Assembly: GCA_007693325.1 (NCBI GenBank)
Contig: REDW01000061.1
Location: forward strand, 21,564 to 85,563
Origin: Spirochaetaceae bacterium
GTDB taxonomy: Bacteria; Spirochaetota; Spirochaetia; DSM-27196; PWMO01
Direction of reading: 5' to 3'
Length of the DNA: 64,000 nucleotides
In this document: positions 26,462 to 38,784 of the stretch, in pieces
Position numbering within the stretch: position 1 is the stretch's first letter
Layout: each line of letters opens with the position of its first letter
Position numbers and translations under genes: made by a program
Notes under the pieces: model-generated
Databases searched by the model: none
What the model was told of the DNA's origin: nothing
What the model saw: the letters and a program-made list of their open reading frames with translations, nothing else

Positions 26462-29400
26462 GTGTTTGACCGAACCAAAGCGATCAAGCGTGTCTTCGTA
26501 GGAACCGAGAGCACCCAGGTGATGGACCTCCCGGATCTGGTTGACATCCAGCTGACATCGTTCGAGAAATTTCTCCAACGCGAGAAGATGCGCGCCGGTG
26601 AGCCGATCAATGTTCAGGGCCTTGAAGAAGTCTTCCAGGGGACGTTCCCGATCGAAAGCCAGAACGGGGATATGCGCCTGGAGTACGATCACTTCATCCT
26701 CGACGAGGAAAGCATCAAGCTCAGCGAAGTAGAGTGCAAGCTCAAAGGCCTGACCTACGCAATTCCAATCAAAGCACGCATAAATCTGGTCTTTCTGGAA
26801 ACCGGTGAGATTCGTCAGAAAGATATCTACATGGGTGATATTCCGCTGATGACCCGACGCGGCACCTTCATCATAAACGGCGCCGAACGAGTGGTTGTCA
26901 GCCAGATTCACCGTTCTCCAGGGGTGATCTTTTCGCACGAAAAAGGCGTCTATTCGTCGCGCATTATTCCCTACCGTGGTTCGTGGCTTGAGTTTGAGAT
27001 AGACCAGAAGAAAGAGCTGATCTATGCCAAAGTCGATCGTAAGAAGCGGATTCTGGGAACTATCTTCCTGCGGGCGCTGGGGTTTGACACGCGCGAGAAG
27101 ATCATCGACCTGTTCTATAAGACGCGTAGCGCCGCAATTTCGGATAGCCGCGAGACCAAGGAAGAGCTGGTTGGCCAGGTGCTGGCCCGGGCGGTCTTCA
27201 TCAAGGACGATAGCGGCAATCAGCGCAAGCTCTATCGCGCCGGTGACAAAATCCACCCGCACGACGTCGATGAGCTGCTGCATTCGGGAGTCAGCCAAAT
27301 AGAGGTGATCGATCTCGCCGACCCCGAGTCGCTGCACTCGGAAGTAGTGCTCAACTGTTTTGACCGCGGGGAGGCCAAGTTTACCCGCGACGATCTCGAG
27401 CACGACGAGCCGACCAAAGAAGACGCGCTCTCGGCGGTCTACACGGTGATCATGCCCGGTGAACCGATTACGGTAGAGAGCGCAGAGAAAGACTTCAATT
27501 CGATGTTCTTCACCACCCGCCGCTACGATCTCGGGCGTGTCGGGCGCTACAAGCTGAACAAGAAGTTCGATTACCAGGATCCGCCCGAGGAGCACATTCT
27601 CACGCGCGACGACATCGTCAACACGATGCGCTATCTGATCGAAGTCTACATCGGCGAGTCAAACGTGGATGATATCGATCACCTCGGCAACCGCCGCATA
27701 CGAAGCGTCGGTGAGCTGCTGGCCAACCAGCTCAAGACTGCCTTTTCGCGCATGGAGCGCATTGCCAAGGAACGCATGTCGCTCAAAGAGACCGACACCA
27801 TCAAGCCGCAGGATCTGATTTCGATCAAACCAATCGTAGCGGCGATCAAGGAGTTCTACGGTTCCAGCCAGCTGTCGCAGTTCATGGACCAGGTCAATCC
27901 GCTGGCAGAGCTGACGCACAAGCGGCGCCTGAACGCGCTGGGACCGGGCGGACTGTCGCGTGATCGGGCCGGTTTTGAGGTGCGGGACGTGCACTACACA
28001 CACTACGGCCGCATGTGTCCGATCGAGACCCCTGAAGGTCCCAATATCGGCCTGATCGTGTCACTGGCAATCTACACCCAGGTTAATGACTACGGTTTTC
28101 TCGAGGCGCCCTACCGCAAGGTGAAGAACGGGGTCGCCTCGCGCGATATCGAGTATCTGTCGGCGATGGATGAAGAGAAGTTCTATATCGCCCAGGCAAA
28201 TGCGCAGATCGACAAGGCCGGCAAATTTCTTTCCAAGACGGTCTCGGTGCGTAAGTCCGGCGACTACACCACGCGGCCACCGGCGGACATTCAGTATATG
28301 GATGTCTCGCCCAAGCAGATTATCTCGGTGGCTGCCGCCCTGATTCCGTTTCTCGAGCACGACGACGCCAACCGCGCGCTGATGGGCTCCAACATGCAGC
28401 GCCAGGCGGTGCCGCTGGTGTTCCCTGAACCGCCGCGCGTGGGAACCGGCATGGAGAGCAAGACCGCCTACGATTCGGGCGTGCTGGTCAAAGCGGAGCG
28501 CGCCGGAACGGTCGAGCACGTCACCTCGCGCCAGATTGTGATTGCCCCCGACGGCGTTCGCGACAAGAGCCAGCGTGACGTGTACGAGCTGATCAAGTAT
28601 CAGCGTACCAATCAGGACACCTGCTACAGCCAGAAGCCAATCACCAAAACGGGCCAGAAAGTCAAGGCCGGCGAGGTAATCGCCGACGGTCCGGCAACCT
28701 TCTTCGGTGAACTGGCGCTGGGGCGCAACGTGATGGTCGGCTTTGTGCCGTGGAACGGCTACAATTTCGAGGATGCCATTCTGATATCCGAGAAGGTGGT
28801 CAAGGAAGACATCTTTACCAGCGTCCACATCAAGGAGTTCACCGTCGAGGTGCGCGAGACCAAACTGGGTCCCGAGAAGATCACGCGCGACATCCCCAAC
28901 ACCTCAGAGAAGGCGCTCGATCAGCTCGACGAAGAGGGGATCGTGCAGATTGGCGCCAAGGTCGGGTCCAACTACATCCTGGTGGGCAAGGTTACGCCGA
29001 AATCGGAAACCGAGACGACACCCGAGTTCAAGCTGCTCAACTCGATCTTCGGCGAGAAGGCCAAAGAAGTGCGCGACACTTCGCTGCGCGTTCCGCACGG
29101 AACCGATGGGACCGTGATCGACGTCCAACGGCTGCGGCGCTCCGAGGGAGACGATCTGTCACCGGGTGTCGATGAAGTTGTCAAGGTGCTGATCGCCACC
29201 AAGCGCAAACTGCGCGAGGGTGACAAGATGGCCGGCCGCCACGGCAACAAGGGCGTTATCGCGCGGGTGCTCCCAGAAGAGGATATGCCCTACATGGCCG
29301 ACGGAACGCCGCTGGAGATCTGTCTCAATCCGCTGGGTGTTCCATCGCGCATGAACCTCGGTCAGATCCTCGAGACCGAGCTCGGCTGGGCTGGTGCCGG

Positions 29401-29965
29401 GCTGAAAGAGTGGTACGCAACCCCGGTATTCGAATCTACACCGGTTGCAGAAATCCAGCAGCGTCTGCGGGCCGCCGGTCTGCCCGAGAGCTCCAAGACC
29501 ACGCTCTACGACGGACGCACCGGTGAACCGTTTGAGAATCCGGTACTGGTGGGTTACATGTATATGCTCAAGCTGCATCATCTGGTGGATGATAAGATGC
29601 ACGCGCGCTCTACCGGTCCCTACTCGCTGGTCACGCAGCAACCGCTTGGCGGTAAGGCTCAGTTCGGCGGACAACGGCTGGGCGAGATGGAAGTGTGGGC
29701 GCTGGAAGCCTACGGCGCGGCAAACACCCTGCAGGAGCTTCTGACCATCAAGAGTGACGATATGAACGGGCGCGCCAAGATCTACGAGAGTATTGTCAAG
29801 GGCGAGCCCTCGACCTCTGCCGGCGTTCCCGAATCGTTCAACGTGCTGGTTCAGGAGCTACGCGGGCTGGCTCTGGACATCTCGATCTTTGACTCGAAGG
29901 GCAAGCAGATTCCATTGACCGAGAGAGATGAAGAGCTCATCAATCGCCAGGGATCCAATTTCTAG
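26462..29965 (+). CDS. rpoB: DNA-directed RNA polymerase subunit beta
   Basis: 1167-aa product with canonical RpoB blocks (e.g. [17 protein letters not shown]). GTG start. Confidence 0.97.
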   Translation: MFDRTKAIKRVFVGTESTQVMDLPDLVDIQLTSFEKFLQREKMRAGEPINVQGLEEVFQGTFPIESQNGDMRLEYDHFILDEESIKLSEVECKLKGLTYAIPIKARINLVFLETGEIRQKDIYMGDIPLMTRRGTFIINGAERVVVSQIHRSPGVIFSHEKGVYSSRIIPYRGSWLEFEIDQKKELIYAKVDRKKRILGTIFLRALGFDTREKIIDLFYKTRSAAISDSRETKEELVGQVLARAVFIKDDSGNQRKLYRAGDKIHPHDVDELLHSGVSQIEVIDLADPESLHSEVVLNCFDRGEAKFTRDDLEHDEPTKEDALSAVYTVIMPGEPITVESAEKDFNSMFFTTRRYDLGRVGRYKLNKKFDYQDPPEEHILTRDDIVNTMRYLIEVYIGESNVDDIDHLGNRRIRSVGELLANQLKTAFSRMERIAKERMSLKETDTIKPQDLISIKPIVAAIKEFYGSSQLSQFMDQVNPLAELTHKRRLNALGPGGLSRDRAGFEVRDVHYTHYGRMCPIETPEGPNIGLIVSLAIYTQVNDYGFLEAPYRKVKNGVASRDIEYLSAMDEEKFYIAQANAQIDKAGKFLSKTVSVRKSGDYTTRPPADIQYMDVSPKQIISVAAALIPFLEHDDANRALMGSNMQRQAVPLVFPEPPRVGTGMESKTAYDSGVLVKAERAGTVEHVTSRQIVIAPDGVRDKSQRDVYELIKYQRTNQDTCYSQKPITKTGQKVKAGEVIADGPATFFGELALGRNVMVGFVPWNGYNFEDAILISEKVVKEDIFTSVHIKEFTVEVRETKLGPEKITRDIPNTSEKALDQLDEEGIVQIGAKVGSNYILVGKVTPKSETETTPEFKLLNSIFGEKAKEVRDTSLRVPHGTDGTVIDVQRLRRSEGDDLSPGVDEVVKVLIATKRKLREGDKMAGRHGNKGVIARVLPEEDMPYMADGTPLEICLNPLGVPSRMNLGQILETELGWAGAGLKEWYATPVFESTPVAEIQQRLRAAGLPESSKTTLYDGRTGEPFENPVLVGYMYMLKLHHLVDDKMHARSTGPYSLVTQQPLGGKAQFGGQRLGEMEVWALEAYGAANTLQELLTIKSDDMNGRAKIYESIVKGEPSTSAGVPESFNVLVQELRGLALDISIFDSKGKQIPLTERDEELINRQGSNF

Positions 29966-29984
29966 GCCGCAGGAGAACAAAAAT

Positions 29985-32900
29985 ATGCGAGATATTCAAG
30001 ACTTCGATAGTATCATGATTCAACTTGCCTCTCCGGATCAGATCCGCGCGTGGAGCTACGGCGAGGTCAAGAAGCCGGAGACAATCAACTATCGCACGCT
30101 GCGACCCGAAAAAGACGGCCTGTTCTGCGAACGCATCTTCGGTACCACCAAGGAGTGGGAGTGTTACTGCGGCAAGTTCAAGTCGATCCGCTACAAAGGT
30201 GTGATCTGTGACCGCTGCGGCGTTGAGGTAACCCATTTCAAGGTCCGCCGTGAGCGCATGGGTCACATCGAGCTGGCCTCGCCGGTATCACATATCTGGT
30301 ACTACCGCTCGATACCGTCGCGCATGGGGCTGCTGTTGGATCTGACGATCGCGGCGCTGCGCTCAATTCTCTACTACGAGAAGTACGTGGTCATCGATGC
30401 CGGAGATACCGATCTGAACAAGATGGACTTACTGTCCGAAGAGGAGTACAACGAAGCCAAGGAGCGCTACGGCATGGCGTTTTCGGCCGGGATCGGCGCC
30501 GAAGCGGTGCGAACCCTGCTCGAGGGGCTGGACCTGGATGCGTTGTCGGCTGAGTTACGCTCGTTGATGGTGGAGAAGGGTGCCAAGGCGGACAAGCGCC
30601 TGCTGAAGCGGATAGAGATCGTTGAACACTTCCGCGACTCCGAAAACCGCCCTGAATGGATGGTGCTGGACGTGATTCCGGTCATTCCGCCCGAGCTGCG
30701 GCCGATGGTTCAGCTAGACGGAGGGCGGTTTGCCACCAGCGACCTCAACGACCTCTATCGCCGTGTGATCAACCGCAACAACCGGCTCAAACGCCTGATG
30801 TCGCTCAACGCGCCGGACATCATCATCCGCAACGAGAAGCGCATGCTGCAGGAGGCCGTTGACGCGCTGTTTGACAACTCCAAGAAGAAGCGCGTGGTAA
30901 AAGGTGCCTCCAACCGGCCACTGAAATCACTGTCGGATATGCTCAAGGGCAAACAGGGGCGATTTCGTCAGAACCTGCTTGGTAAGCGCGTCGACTACTC
31001 GGGCCGATCGGTGATAGTGGTGGGTCCCGAGCTGCAGTTGCACCAGTGCGGACTGCCGACCAAGATGGCGCTTGAGCTCTACAAGCCGTTCATCATGAAG
31101 AAGCTGGTTGAGAAGGATGTAGTCTATAACATAAAGAAAGCCAAGACCCTGGTTGAACAGGAGACCCCCGAGGTGTGGGCGGTGCTCGACGAGGTGGTCA
31201 GGGAGCATCCGGTGATGCTCAATCGTGCGCCGACGCTGCATCGCCTGGGAATCCAGGCCTTCGAGCCGGTGCTGGTGGGCGGCAAGGCCATCAGGTTACA
31301 CCCGCTGGTGTGCCACGCGTTCAACGCCGACTTCGACGGTGACCAGATGGCGGTCCATGTTCCCTTGACCCAGGCGGCGCAGATCGAATGCTGGACGCTG
31401 ATGCTCTCTTCGCGTAACCTGCTGAACCCGGCCAACGGCCAGCCGGTGGTCTTCCCGTCGCAGGACATGGTTCTGGGCATGTACTACCTGACCAAGACCC
31501 GCGACGGCGCCAAAGGCGAGGGAAAGCGTTTCCGCGATTCGGACGAAGTGCTGATGGCTATCGACGCGCGTTCGGTGGACTACCAGGCGCTGATCAAGGT
31601 TCCGATAGACGGTACACTCTACGAGACCAGTCCCGGCCGCGTGATCTTCAATCAGGAGCTTCCCGCGCAGATACCGTTTATCAATCACACGCTCGGTGAC
31701 AAAGACCTGCGCGCGCTGATAAGCCGCGTCTACGCCGAATACGGCCCCTACGCAACCGTCGGGCTTCTGGATGTCATCAAGAACCTCGGCTTCAGCTACG
31801 CCACCAAGTTCGGAGCTACTATCGGCCTGGACGATATCATTATCCCGGACGACAAACGCGGTATGATAGACTCAGCCAACAAGGACGTTGAGTCTATTCA
31901 GTCACAATACCGACAGGGGCATATCACCAACGAGGAGCGCTATAACCGCGTGGTTGAGGTCTGGAGCAAGACCAACGAAGCGTTGACCGATGTAATGATG
32001 ACCACGCTCAAGACCGACAAAGATGGTTTCAACCCGGTCTACATGATGGCCAATTCGGGCGCGCGCGGCAGCCGCAGCCAGATTCGGCAGCTGGCCGGCA
32101 TGCGCGGCCTCATGGCAAAACCGTCGGGTGACATTATCGAACTGCCGATCCGCTCCAACTTCAAAGAGGGCTTGTCGGTTATCGAGTTTTTCATCTCGAC
32201 TAACGGTGCCCGTAAGGGTCTGGCCGACACCGCGCTCAAGACCGCCGATGCCGGCTATCTGACGCGGCGCCTGGTTGACATTGCGCAGGACGTGGTGGTC
32301 AACGAAGAAGACTGCAGTACTATCAACGGCCTGGAGATGGAGGCGCTCAAGGACGGCGAGGAGATCGTGGAGACACTTTCGGACCGCATCCGTGGGCGGT
32401 TCACGCTGGAGCGGGTCAAGCACCCGATTACCGGCGAGGTGATGGTAGACGTCAACGAGGAGATTCAAGACGAGGTTGCCGATCGCATCGAGGAGGCCGG
32501 CATCGAGCACGTGCGGATTCGCACGGTGCTCACCTGCGAAGCCAAGTTCGGCGTATGCCAGAAGTGTTACGGACGCAACCTGGCAGACAACCGCACGGTG
32601 GATATTGGTGAAGCCGTAGGCATCATCGCCGCTCAGTCGATAGGCCAGCCGGGAACCCAGCTGACGATGCGGACCTTCCATATCGGCGGCGCGGCAACTC
32701 GAACGGCCGAGGAGAGCAAGACCAGCCTGCACTACCCGGTCTACGTACGTTCGTTCCGCGGCAGCATCGTGGAGCTGGAATCGAAGGTCAAGCTGTTCAC
32801 GCGTAAGGGTTTTGTAACCGTGGCGCGGATTCTGGCCGACTTCCCGATCGAGAAAAAAGCCAAGACGCTGGTCAAAGACGGTGACAAAGTTGTCAAGGGA

Positions 32901-34208
32901 CAACCGGTGATCAAGCACGGCAGTGAAGAGGTCCCGGCCCCGGACAACGCTTACTGTGTGATCAAGGATCAGCTGTTGCTGCTGGTATCCCAGGATCAGA
33001 CCCTCGAAATCCGCTCAGGAGCGGAGATCGTGGTATCCGAGGGCGACGTTGTGGCCGCTGACGAGGCAATCGCGCTGTTTGATCCGTTCAGCGAGCCGAT
33101 CATCGCCGAGGTCAGCGGGACGGTACGCTTCAAGGACATCGTTCAGGGAACCACGCTCAAGGAAGAGGTCAACGAGGACACCGGCAATATCGAGAAGAAG
33201 ATCACCGAGTTTACGCTTGAGAGTCTGCAGCCGCGAATTGTGATCGAGGGCGCCGACGGCGCAGAGCTGGCGGTATACTATCTGCCGGGTTCAGCCTACG
33301 TGGGCGTGGACAACGGAGAGAAAGTCAAGTCCGGCCGTACGCTGGCCAAGCTGCTCAAGGAGAGCGCCAAGACCCGCGATATCACCGGTGGCCTGCCGCG
33401 GGTCGGCGAGCTCTTTGAAGCGCGTCATCCGAAGAACGCTACCATACTGTCGCAGATTGCCGGCACGGTGCATTTCAAGCCGATAGTCAAGGGCAAGCGC
33501 GTGATTGTGGTTGAAGACCCCTACGGCAAAGAGTACAAGCACCTGGTGCCGATGGGTAAGCACCTGCTTGTCCGTGAGGGTGACCAGGTCGAGAGTGGCG
33601 AGATGCTGTGCGACGGTAACATCGATCCGCACGATGTGCTGGCCATCATGGGAGAGAACGCGCTGCAGCGCTTCCTGATGAACGAGGTGCAGGAAGTCTA
33701 CCGCCTGCAGGGTGTCAACATCAACGATAAGCACATCGGCGTGATTATCCGCCAGATGATGCGCAAGGTCGAGATCCTGCAGGTTGGTGATACCAATTTC
33801 ATCTTTGGTCTGCAGGTCGACAAGTACCGTTTTCACGAGGAGAATCGCAAGGTTGTGCGCGAGGGCGGACTGCCGGCGGTCGGACGGCCGCTGCTGCTCG
33901 GTATCACGCGGGCCTCGCTCAACATCGATTCGTTCATCTCGGCAGCCAGCTTTCAGGAGACCACGCGCGTACTCACCAACGCCGCCATTTCCGGTTCAAC
34001 CGACAATCTGCGCGGCCTGAAGGAGAACGTGATCATCGGACACCTGATTCCGGCTGGAACCGGCATGCGCAAGTACAAGCAGATCAAGCTTTACGACGAA
34101 AACCGCGAAGACCTCGATGCGCATATGCAGCAGATTCTCGAGACCCGTCAGCGCGAGAAGGAAGCCGAGGAAGAGAACGCAACCAGGGAAGAAGCCGAGG
34201 TGCTGTAA
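29985..34208 (+). CDS. rpoC: DNA-directed RNA polymerase subunit beta'
   Basis: [14 protein letters not shown] catalytic motif and Zn-binding CxC..C motifs. Start at ATG 29985 (MRDIQDFDS) after AGGAGA; the track ORF opens at 29928. Confidence 0.97.
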   Translation: MRDIQDFDSIMIQLASPDQIRAWSYGEVKKPETINYRTLRPEKDGLFCERIFGTTKEWECYCGKFKSIRYKGVICDRCGVEVTHFKVRRERMGHIELASPVSHIWYYRSIPSRMGLLLDLTIAALRSILYYEKYVVIDAGDTDLNKMDLLSEEEYNEAKERYGMAFSAGIGAEAVRTLLEGLDLDALSAELRSLMVEKGAKADKRLLKRIEIVEHFRDSENRPEWMVLDVIPVIPPELRPMVQLDGGRFATSDLNDLYRRVINRNNRLKRLMSLNAPDIIIRNEKRMLQEAVDALFDNSKKKRVVKGASNRPLKSLSDMLKGKQGRFRQNLLGKRVDYSGRSVIVVGPELQLHQCGLPTKMALELYKPFIMKKLVEKDVVYNIKKAKTLVEQETPEVWAVLDEVVREHPVMLNRAPTLHRLGIQAFEPVLVGGKAIRLHPLVCHAFNADFDGDQMAVHVPLTQAAQIECWTLMLSSRNLLNPANGQPVVFPSQDMVLGMYYLTKTRDGAKGEGKRFRDSDEVLMAIDARSVDYQALIKVPIDGTLYETSPGRVIFNQELPAQIPFINHTLGDKDLRALISRVYAEYGPYATVGLLDVIKNLGFSYATKFGATIGLDDIIIPDDKRGMIDSANKDVESIQSQYRQGHITNEERYNRVVEVWSKTNEALTDVMMTTLKTDKDGFNPVYMMANSGARGSRSQIRQLAGMRGLMAKPSGDIIELPIRSNFKEGLSVIEFFISTNGARKGLADTALKTADAGYLTRRLVDIAQDVVVNEEDCSTINGLEMEALKDGEEIVETLSDRIRGRFTLERVKHPITGEVMVDVNEEIQDEVADRIEEAGIEHVRIRTVLTCEAKFGVCQKCYGRNLADNRTVDIGEAVGIIAAQSIGQPGTQLTMRTFHIGGAATRTAEESKTSLHYPVYVRSFRGSIVELESKVKLFTRKGFVTVARILADFPIEKKAKTLVKDGDKVVKGQPVIKHGSEEVPAPDNAYCVIKDQLLLLVSQDQTLEIRSGAEIVVSEGDVVAADEAIALFDPFSEPIIAEVSGTVRFKDIVQGTTLKEEVNEDTGNIEKKITEFTLESLQPRIVIEGADGAELAVYYLPGSAYVGVDNGEKVKSGRTLAKLLKESAKTRDITGGLPRVGELFEARHPKNATILSQIAGTVHFKPIVKGKRVIVVEDPYGKEYKHLVPMGKHLLVREGDQVESGEMLCDGNIDPHDVLAIMGENALQRFLMNEVQEVYRLQGVNINDKHIGVIIRQMMRKVEILQVGDTNFIFGLQVDKYRFHEENRKVVREGGLPAVGRPLLLGITRASLNIDSFISAASFQETTRVLTNAAISGSTDNLRGLKENVIIGHLIPAGTGMRKYKQIKLYDENREDLDAHMQQILETRQREKEAEEENATREEAEVL

Positions 34209-34261
34209 GCGTTTCCACACGCTTTGCGTTGATACGCGGGCCTTCCCGGTCAGGGGGGCTC

Positions 34262-34290
34262 TTGACAAAAACCGATGCGGTTGGTAGATT
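34262..34290 (+). promoter_or_regulatory. sigma70-like promoter TTGACA-N17-TAGATT upstream of rpsL
   Basis: Hexamers at 34262..34267 and 34285..34290, about 52 nt upstream of the rpsL ATG. Confidence 0.6.
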
Positions 34291-34342
34291 TCCGGTCTAC
34301 GCCGCATACGGGAAATCGAGTAAGGGAGAGTAGATAGAGTAG

Positions 34343-34717
34343 ATGCCTACTATCAATCAGTTGATTCGCAACGGAAGAAAGAAGCTTCATAAGTCGACCA
34401 AGTCACCAGCGTTGCAGGCCTGTCCGCAGAAGCGCGGCGTATGTACCCGTGTTATGACGGTTACGCCCAAGAAGCCGAACTCGGCGCTGCGCAAAGTTGC
34501 GCGTGTGCGGCTGACAAACGGAATAGAAGCTACCGCGTACATACCCGGGATCGGGCATAATCTGCAGGAGCACTCGGTTGTGTTGTTGCGCGGCGGCCGC
34601 GTCAAGGATCTGCCCGGCGTACGCTATCACATTGTTCGCGGGGCCAAGGATACCCTTGGTGTTGAAGATCGCAAGAAGGCGCGTTCCAAGTACGGAACGA
34701 AGAAGCCGAAGGCGTAG
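34343..34717 (+). CDS. rpsL: 30S ribosomal protein S12
   Basis: [11 protein letters not shown]...[16 protein letters not shown] signature. Confidence 0.97.
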   Translation: MPTINQLIRNGRKKLHKSTKSPALQACPQKRGVCTRVMTVTPKKPNSALRKVARVRLTNGIEATAYIPGIGHNLQEHSVVLLRGGRVKDLPGVRYHIVRGAKDTLGVEDRKKARSKYGTKKPKA

Positions 34718-34731
34718 GGGAAGGTCGCACA

Positions 34732-35202
34732 ATGCCCAGAAGAAAGATTGTACCGCCGCGGCCGATACTTCCCGATCCGCGTTTTGGTAGCGTAGTTGTT
34801 TCGAAGTTTGTTGCCAGAATGATGGCGGACGGCAAGCGCTCTACCGCGTCCAGCGTTATGTACAGCGCGTGCGATGTTATCGAGCAGAAGCTCGAGAAGA
34901 ATCCGGTCGAGGTGTTTCTCAAGGCGCTTGAAAACGTCAAGCCAATGGTAGAGGTCAAGTCGCGCCGGGTTGGCGGTTCAACCTACCAGGTTCCGGTTGA
35001 GATTCGCGAGGGGCGCCGCGAAGCGCTGGCAATGCGTTGGCTGATCAAGGCGGCGCGCGATCGCAGTGGTCGTTCGATGAGTGAAAAACTGTCGGCGGAA
35101 TTGATCGACGCGTTCAATTCGGCCGGCTCGGCCTTCAAGAAGAAAGAAGATACGCACCGCATGGCGGAGGCCAACAAGGCCTTCTCTCACTACCGCTGGT
35201 AG
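34732..35202 (+). CDS. rpsG: 30S ribosomal protein S7
   Basis: MPRR......PDP.F...V.KF...MM.DGKRS pattern and C-terminal HYRW. Confidence 0.97.
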   Translation: MPRRKIVPPRPILPDPRFGSVVVSKFVARMMADGKRSTASSVMYSACDVIEQKLEKNPVEVFLKALENVKPMVEVKSRRVGGSTYQVPVEIREGRREALAMRWLIKAARDRSGRSMSEKLSAELIDAFNSAGSAFKKKEDTHRMAEANKAFSHYRW

Positions 35203-35260
35203 CGTGGTGCGGGCCAATCGGACCAAATGGATGCCGGTTGGTGGACAAGTACAGATTGAT

Positions 35261-35283
35261 GGCCGATTTCTACTGAATCGGCC
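35261..35283 (+). terminator. perfect 8-bp hairpin downstream of rpsG (weak terminator or RNA-processing element)
   Basis: GGCCGATT-tctactg-AATCGGCC. Only two T residues follow, and they form the start of a TTGACA hexamer. Confidence 0.3.
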
Positions 35284-35628
35284 TTGACACACCCGGGGGC
35301 TACGTGCAACTATGCGCTCACGCGTTTGTTAGTTGCAAACGGGTCTCTATCGGCCAAACCGATCGTCCAGACTGGCATGTGTATGGCGAGTGTGTTGATG
35401 GATGGTAAGGTGGTTGATTACTGCAGGCTCGGCTTTTGGCCGATGCGCTGACGCGCTGCTGCGCGTTGACGCGACGAGTTGCCTCGTAGTCTCGCGTGCG
35501 ATCATCCATCTGACAGTTGACAGGAGTTTCCAATTGGTGTTGACCCGTGCCCGGGCCGGTGGCTGGTATCCACACCCCGGGTATGTGATAGAGAATACTT
35601 GTGTTCAGGAAAGGGCAAGGAGGGCGTA

Positions 35629-36819
35629 ATGGCCAAAGCAAAGTTTGAGAGAACAAAGCCTCATATTAACGTAGGCACTATCGGTCACGTTGACCACGGT
35701 AAAACCACGCTGACTGCCGCGATCACTATGTTCTGCGCAAAAGCAGGCGGTGGTAAGGTCATGAAATACGATGAAATCGATAACGCGCCGGAAGAAAAGG
35801 CCCGCGGTATCACGATCAACACCCGCCACGTTGAATACGAAAGCAAAGAGCGCCACTACGCTCACGTTGACTGTCCCGGGCACGCCGACTACATCAAGAA
35901 TATGATCACCGGTGCGGCACAGATGGACGGCGCGGTGCTGGTAGTATCCGCTACCGACGGCGCCATGTCTCAGACCAAAGAGCACATTCTGCTTGCTCGT
36001 CAGGTAGGCGTGCCGGCCATTATCGTCTTCATCAACAAGACTGACCAGGTCGATGACCCTGATCTTATTGAGCTTGTCGAAGAAGAGATGCGCGATATTC
36101 TCAAGTCTTATGACTTCCCCGGTGACGAGATTCCGATTATCAAGGGTAGCGCGTTCAACGCCATGGAAAACCCCGACAGTGAATCCGACACTGCGTGCGT
36201 ACAGGAGCTGCTGGACGCCATGGACAGCTACTTCCCGCTGCCCGAGCGCGCGGTGGACAAAGACTTCCTGATGCCGATCGAGGACATCTTCTCGATTCAG
36301 GGCCGCGGTACGGTAGTTACCGGGCGAATCGAGCGTGGCATTGTCAAGCTTAACGACAAGGTCCAGATTGTCGGTATCCGCGAGACGCGTGAAACCGTTG
36401 TCACCGGTATCGAGATGTTCAACAAGCTGCTCGACCAGGGCCAGGCCGGAGACAATACCGGGTTACTGTTGCGCGGGGTCGACAAGAAAGAGGTCGAGCG
36501 TGGACAGGTGCTGGCCAAGCCGGGTTCGATTACGCCGCACGCCAAGTTCAAGGGTACGATCTACTGCCTGAGCAAGGAAGAAGGCGGTCGTCACTCACCA
36601 TTTTTTACCGGTTATCGTCCGCAGTTCTACTTCCGTACTACGGACATCACCGGTTCGGTGGCTTTGCCCGAGGGCAAGGAGATGGTGATGCCTGGAGACA
36701 ACACAGAGATTATCGCCGAACTGATCCATCCGATTGCGATGGAGAAGGGGTTGCGATTCGCTATTCGGGAAGGTGGCCGAACCGTTGCCAGCGGCCAGGT
36801 CATCGAAATCCTGGAGTAG
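35629..36819 (+). CDS. tuf: elongation factor Tu
   Basis: [33 protein letters not shown]. Start at ATG 35629 after AAGGAGGG; the track ORF opens at 35599. Confidence 0.97.
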   Translation: MAKAKFERTKPHINVGTIGHVDHGKTTLTAAITMFCAKAGGGKVMKYDEIDNAPEEKARGITINTRHVEYESKERHYAHVDCPGHADYIKNMITGAAQMDGAVLVVSATDGAMSQTKEHILLARQVGVPAIIVFINKTDQVDDPDLIELVEEEMRDILKSYDFPGDEIPIIKGSAFNAMENPDSESDTACVQELLDAMDSYFPLPERAVDKDFLMPIEDIFSIQGRGTVVTGRIERGIVKLNDKVQIVGIRETRETVVTGIEMFNKLLDQGQAGDNTGLLLRGVDKKEVERGQVLAKPGSITPHAKFKGTIYCLSKEEGGRHSPFFTGYRPQFYFRTTDITGSVALPEGKEMVMPGDNTEIIAELIHPIAMEKGLRFAIREGGRTVASGQVIEILE

Positions 36820-36829
36820 GTCCCGGGCC

Positions 36830-36870
36830 GTTAAGCCTTGTTGCCTTCGGGCGGCGAGGCTTAACTTTTT
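36830..36870 (+). terminator. intrinsic terminator/attenuator between tuf and rpsJ
   Basis: GTTAAGCCT (36830..36838) pairs with AGGCTTAAC (36857..36865). A GC-rich inner stem closes on a TTCG loop. TTTTT (36866..36870) follows, and the rpsJ SD (GGAGG) comes immediately after. Confidence 0.6.
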
Positions 36871-36879
36871 GGAGGAGTA

Positions 36880-37188
36880 ATGAGTAGTCACAGAATTCGG
36901 GTTCGGCTGCGCGGGTTTGACGTTGAACTCATAGATCAGAGCGCAAAGTCGATAGTGCAGACGGTGCATAAGGCCGGTGCCAAAGTGTCCGGTCCTATCC
37001 CGCTGCCGACTCGGATCAACAAGTTCACGGTGCTGCGCTCGCCGCACGTTAACAAGAAGGCGCGCGAGCAGTTTGAGATGCGCACCCACAAGCGGTTGAT
37101 CGATATCATCGAGCCAACCTCGGCAGTAATGGACTCGCTGATGAAGCTGGAGTTGCCCGCCGGTGTGGACGTTGAGATCAAGCAGTAG
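36880..37188 (+). CDS. rpsJ: 30S ribosomal protein S10
   Basis: IRVRLRGFD...LD.S...IV......[11 protein letters not shown] pattern; first gene of the S10 operon. Confidence 0.95.
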   Translation: MSSHRIRVRLRGFDVELIDQSAKSIVQTVHKAGAKVSGPIPLPTRINKFTVLRSPHVNKKAREQFEMRTHKRLIDIIEPTSAVMDSLMKLELPAGVDVEIKQ

Positions 37189-37207
37189 TGTGGCGTAAGG
37201 AACAACT

Positions 37208-37831
37208 ATGTTGGGCTTAATTGGGCAGAAACTGGGAATGACGCAGGTTTTTGATGACATCGGTCAGCTGATTCCGGTAACGGTGATCAAAGTCGAGCCG
37301 AACGTCGTGATTGACCAGCGCACTCCCGAGCGTGACGGTTACAGTGCGGTGGTGCTGGGTTCATTCGATGCCAAGCCGTCGCGTGTCAACAAACCGCGGG
37401 GTGGGCAATTCGAGAAGGCTGGTACTGCTCCCAAGAAACGACTGGTAGAGTTTCGTGACTACGAGAAAGAGTGTGCAGTTGGGGACACGCTTTCAGTTGA
37501 CCTGTTTGCCGATGTCCGCTTCGTCGATGTTGTCGGGGTGAGCAAGGGCAAGGGGTACCAGGGTGTCATCAAGCGCCACGGTTTCCGCGGTGGCCGCAAG
37601 ACCCACGGGTCGAAATTCCATCGAGGGCTTGGTTCCAGCGGCATGGCGGCTACGCCATCGCGCATTCATAAGGGGACCAAAATGGCGGGCCGAATGGGCG
37701 GCGAGCGGTGCACAGTGCAGAATCTGCAGGTATTGCGCGTTGACGCAGACAAGAATCTGCTGCTGGTAACCGGAGCGGTACCGGGCACCCGCGACGGCTA
37801 CGTGCTGGTGTCGACCGCCAAGAAGAAGTAG
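37208..37831 (+). CDS. rplC: 50S ribosomal protein L3
   Basis: GLIGQKLGMTQVF...VSKGKGYQGVIKRHGF signature. Confidence 0.95.
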   Translation: MLGLIGQKLGMTQVFDDIGQLIPVTVIKVEPNVVIDQRTPERDGYSAVVLGSFDAKPSRVNKPRGGQFEKAGTAPKKRLVEFRDYEKECAVGDTLSVDLFADVRFVDVVGVSKGKGYQGVIKRHGFRGGRKTHGSKFHRGLGSSGMAATPSRIHKGTKMAGRMGGERCTVQNLQVLRVDADKNLLLVTGAVPGTRDGYVLVSTAKKK

Positions 37832-37846
37832 GAAGAGGCGCGAGAT

Positions 37847-38485
37847 ATGGACAAGAAAGTCCTTTCGGTAGAAGGGAAAGAGATAAGAACCATCGAGCTT
37901 TCCGACGACGTGTTCGGACGTGACGTGAGCGACGATACCATCTACTACGCAGTGCGCAACGAACTGGCAAACCGCCGCGTCGGGACCGCATCAACCAAGA
38001 CGCGCAGCGAGGTGGTTGGCAGCCACAAGAAGCCGTGGCGTCAGAAGGGTACCGGCCGCGCGCGCTCGGGAACGCGCCAGTCCCCGGTGTGGGTCGGCGG
38101 TGGTATCGCTTTTGGACCGCGGCCGCGAGACTACTCGTATACTATCCCGCGCAAACAGAAGCGCGCGGCAATCAAGTCGTTGCTCAGCATGAAAAACCGC
38201 GACGACGTGCTGCGGATTGTGGAAGATTTTGCAGTGGATAGCGGCAAGACCAGGGATTTCGTCAAAGTGATGCAGAACGTCAGCGGCGGTGACCGGGTGG
38301 TTCTGGTCCTCAAAGACGATGACCCGATGGTGAAGCGCGCGGCATCAAACGTGCCGTGGATCAAGTTCATGAGCTATAACCGCCTCAGTGCGCACGAACT
38401 GCTCTACTGCAGGGAGTTGGTGCTGATGGAGTCCGCCGCGTTGAGTCTCAATGATTTTTTTGCCAGGGCGGGTAACGGAGAATGA
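37847..38485 (+). CDS. rplD: 50S ribosomal protein L4
   Basis: KPWRQKGTGRARSG...SP.W.GGG.AFGP signature. Confidence 0.95.
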   Translation: MDKKVLSVEGKEIRTIELSDDVFGRDVSDDTIYYAVRNELANRRVGTASTKTRSEVVGSHKKPWRQKGTGRARSGTRQSPVWVGGGIAFGPRPRDYSYTIPRKQKRAAIKSLLSMKNRDDVLRIVEDFAVDSGKTRDFVKVMQNVSGGDRVVLVLKDDDPMVKRAASNVPWIKFMSYNRLSAHELLYCRELVLMESAALSLNDFFARAGNGE

Positions 38486-38775
38486 GTGCTATGACCGCTG
38501 ATCAGATCATCATCGAACCGCTGTTGACGGAGAAGACCAATCTGCTGCGCGAGCAGAACAAGTACGCTTTTCGTGTCGACTTTCGCGCCAATAAACTGCA
38601 GATCAACGCCGCTGTGCGCGAGTTGTTTGGTGTCGCCCCGCAGGCGTGTAACGTCATCAATATGAAGGGCAAGCCAAAACGAGTACGCGCCAAGATCGGC
38701 TACACGTCGCGCTGGAAGAAGGCGATAATCACCCTCGCCCCCGGCGACAAGATCGGCATTTTTGAAGGCGCTTAG
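38482..38775 (+). CDS. rplW: 50S ribosomal protein L23
   Basis: PLLTEKT......NKYAFRVD..ANK..I..AV..LF.V pattern. ATGA overlap with rplD. Confidence 0.93.
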   Translation: MSAMTADQIIIEPLLTEKTNLLREQNKYAFRVDFRANKLQINAAVRELFGVAPQACNVINMKGKPKRVRAKIGYTSRWKKAIITLAPGDKIGIFEGA

Positions 38776-38784
38776 GAGGTCAGG

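Noticed and set aside
26306-27595. 429-aa ORF antisense to rpoB. Similar long antisense ORFs occur at 12157..13140 (+), 7565..8335 (-), 7944..8702 (-), 28061..28828 (-), 31902..32918 (-), 40705..41589 (-), 41733..42632 (-), 42335..43561 (-), 43629..44381 (-), 44813..45571 (-), 47469..48164 (-) and 48194..49474 (-)
   Set aside because: The opposite strand encodes unmistakable conserved proteins in each case. Long antisense ORFs are expected in GC-rich DNA, and their translations are compositionally odd with no recognisable motifs.
35318-35656. ORFs inside the rpsG-tuf spacer (112 aa on minus; 75 aa on plus at 35402..35629), considered as a possible fusA remnant
   Set aside because: There is no SD and no similarity to EF-G N- or C-terminal sequences. 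The composition is Arg/Cys/Trp-rich, typical of non-coding GC-rich DNA. The plus ORF simply runs into the tuf start.
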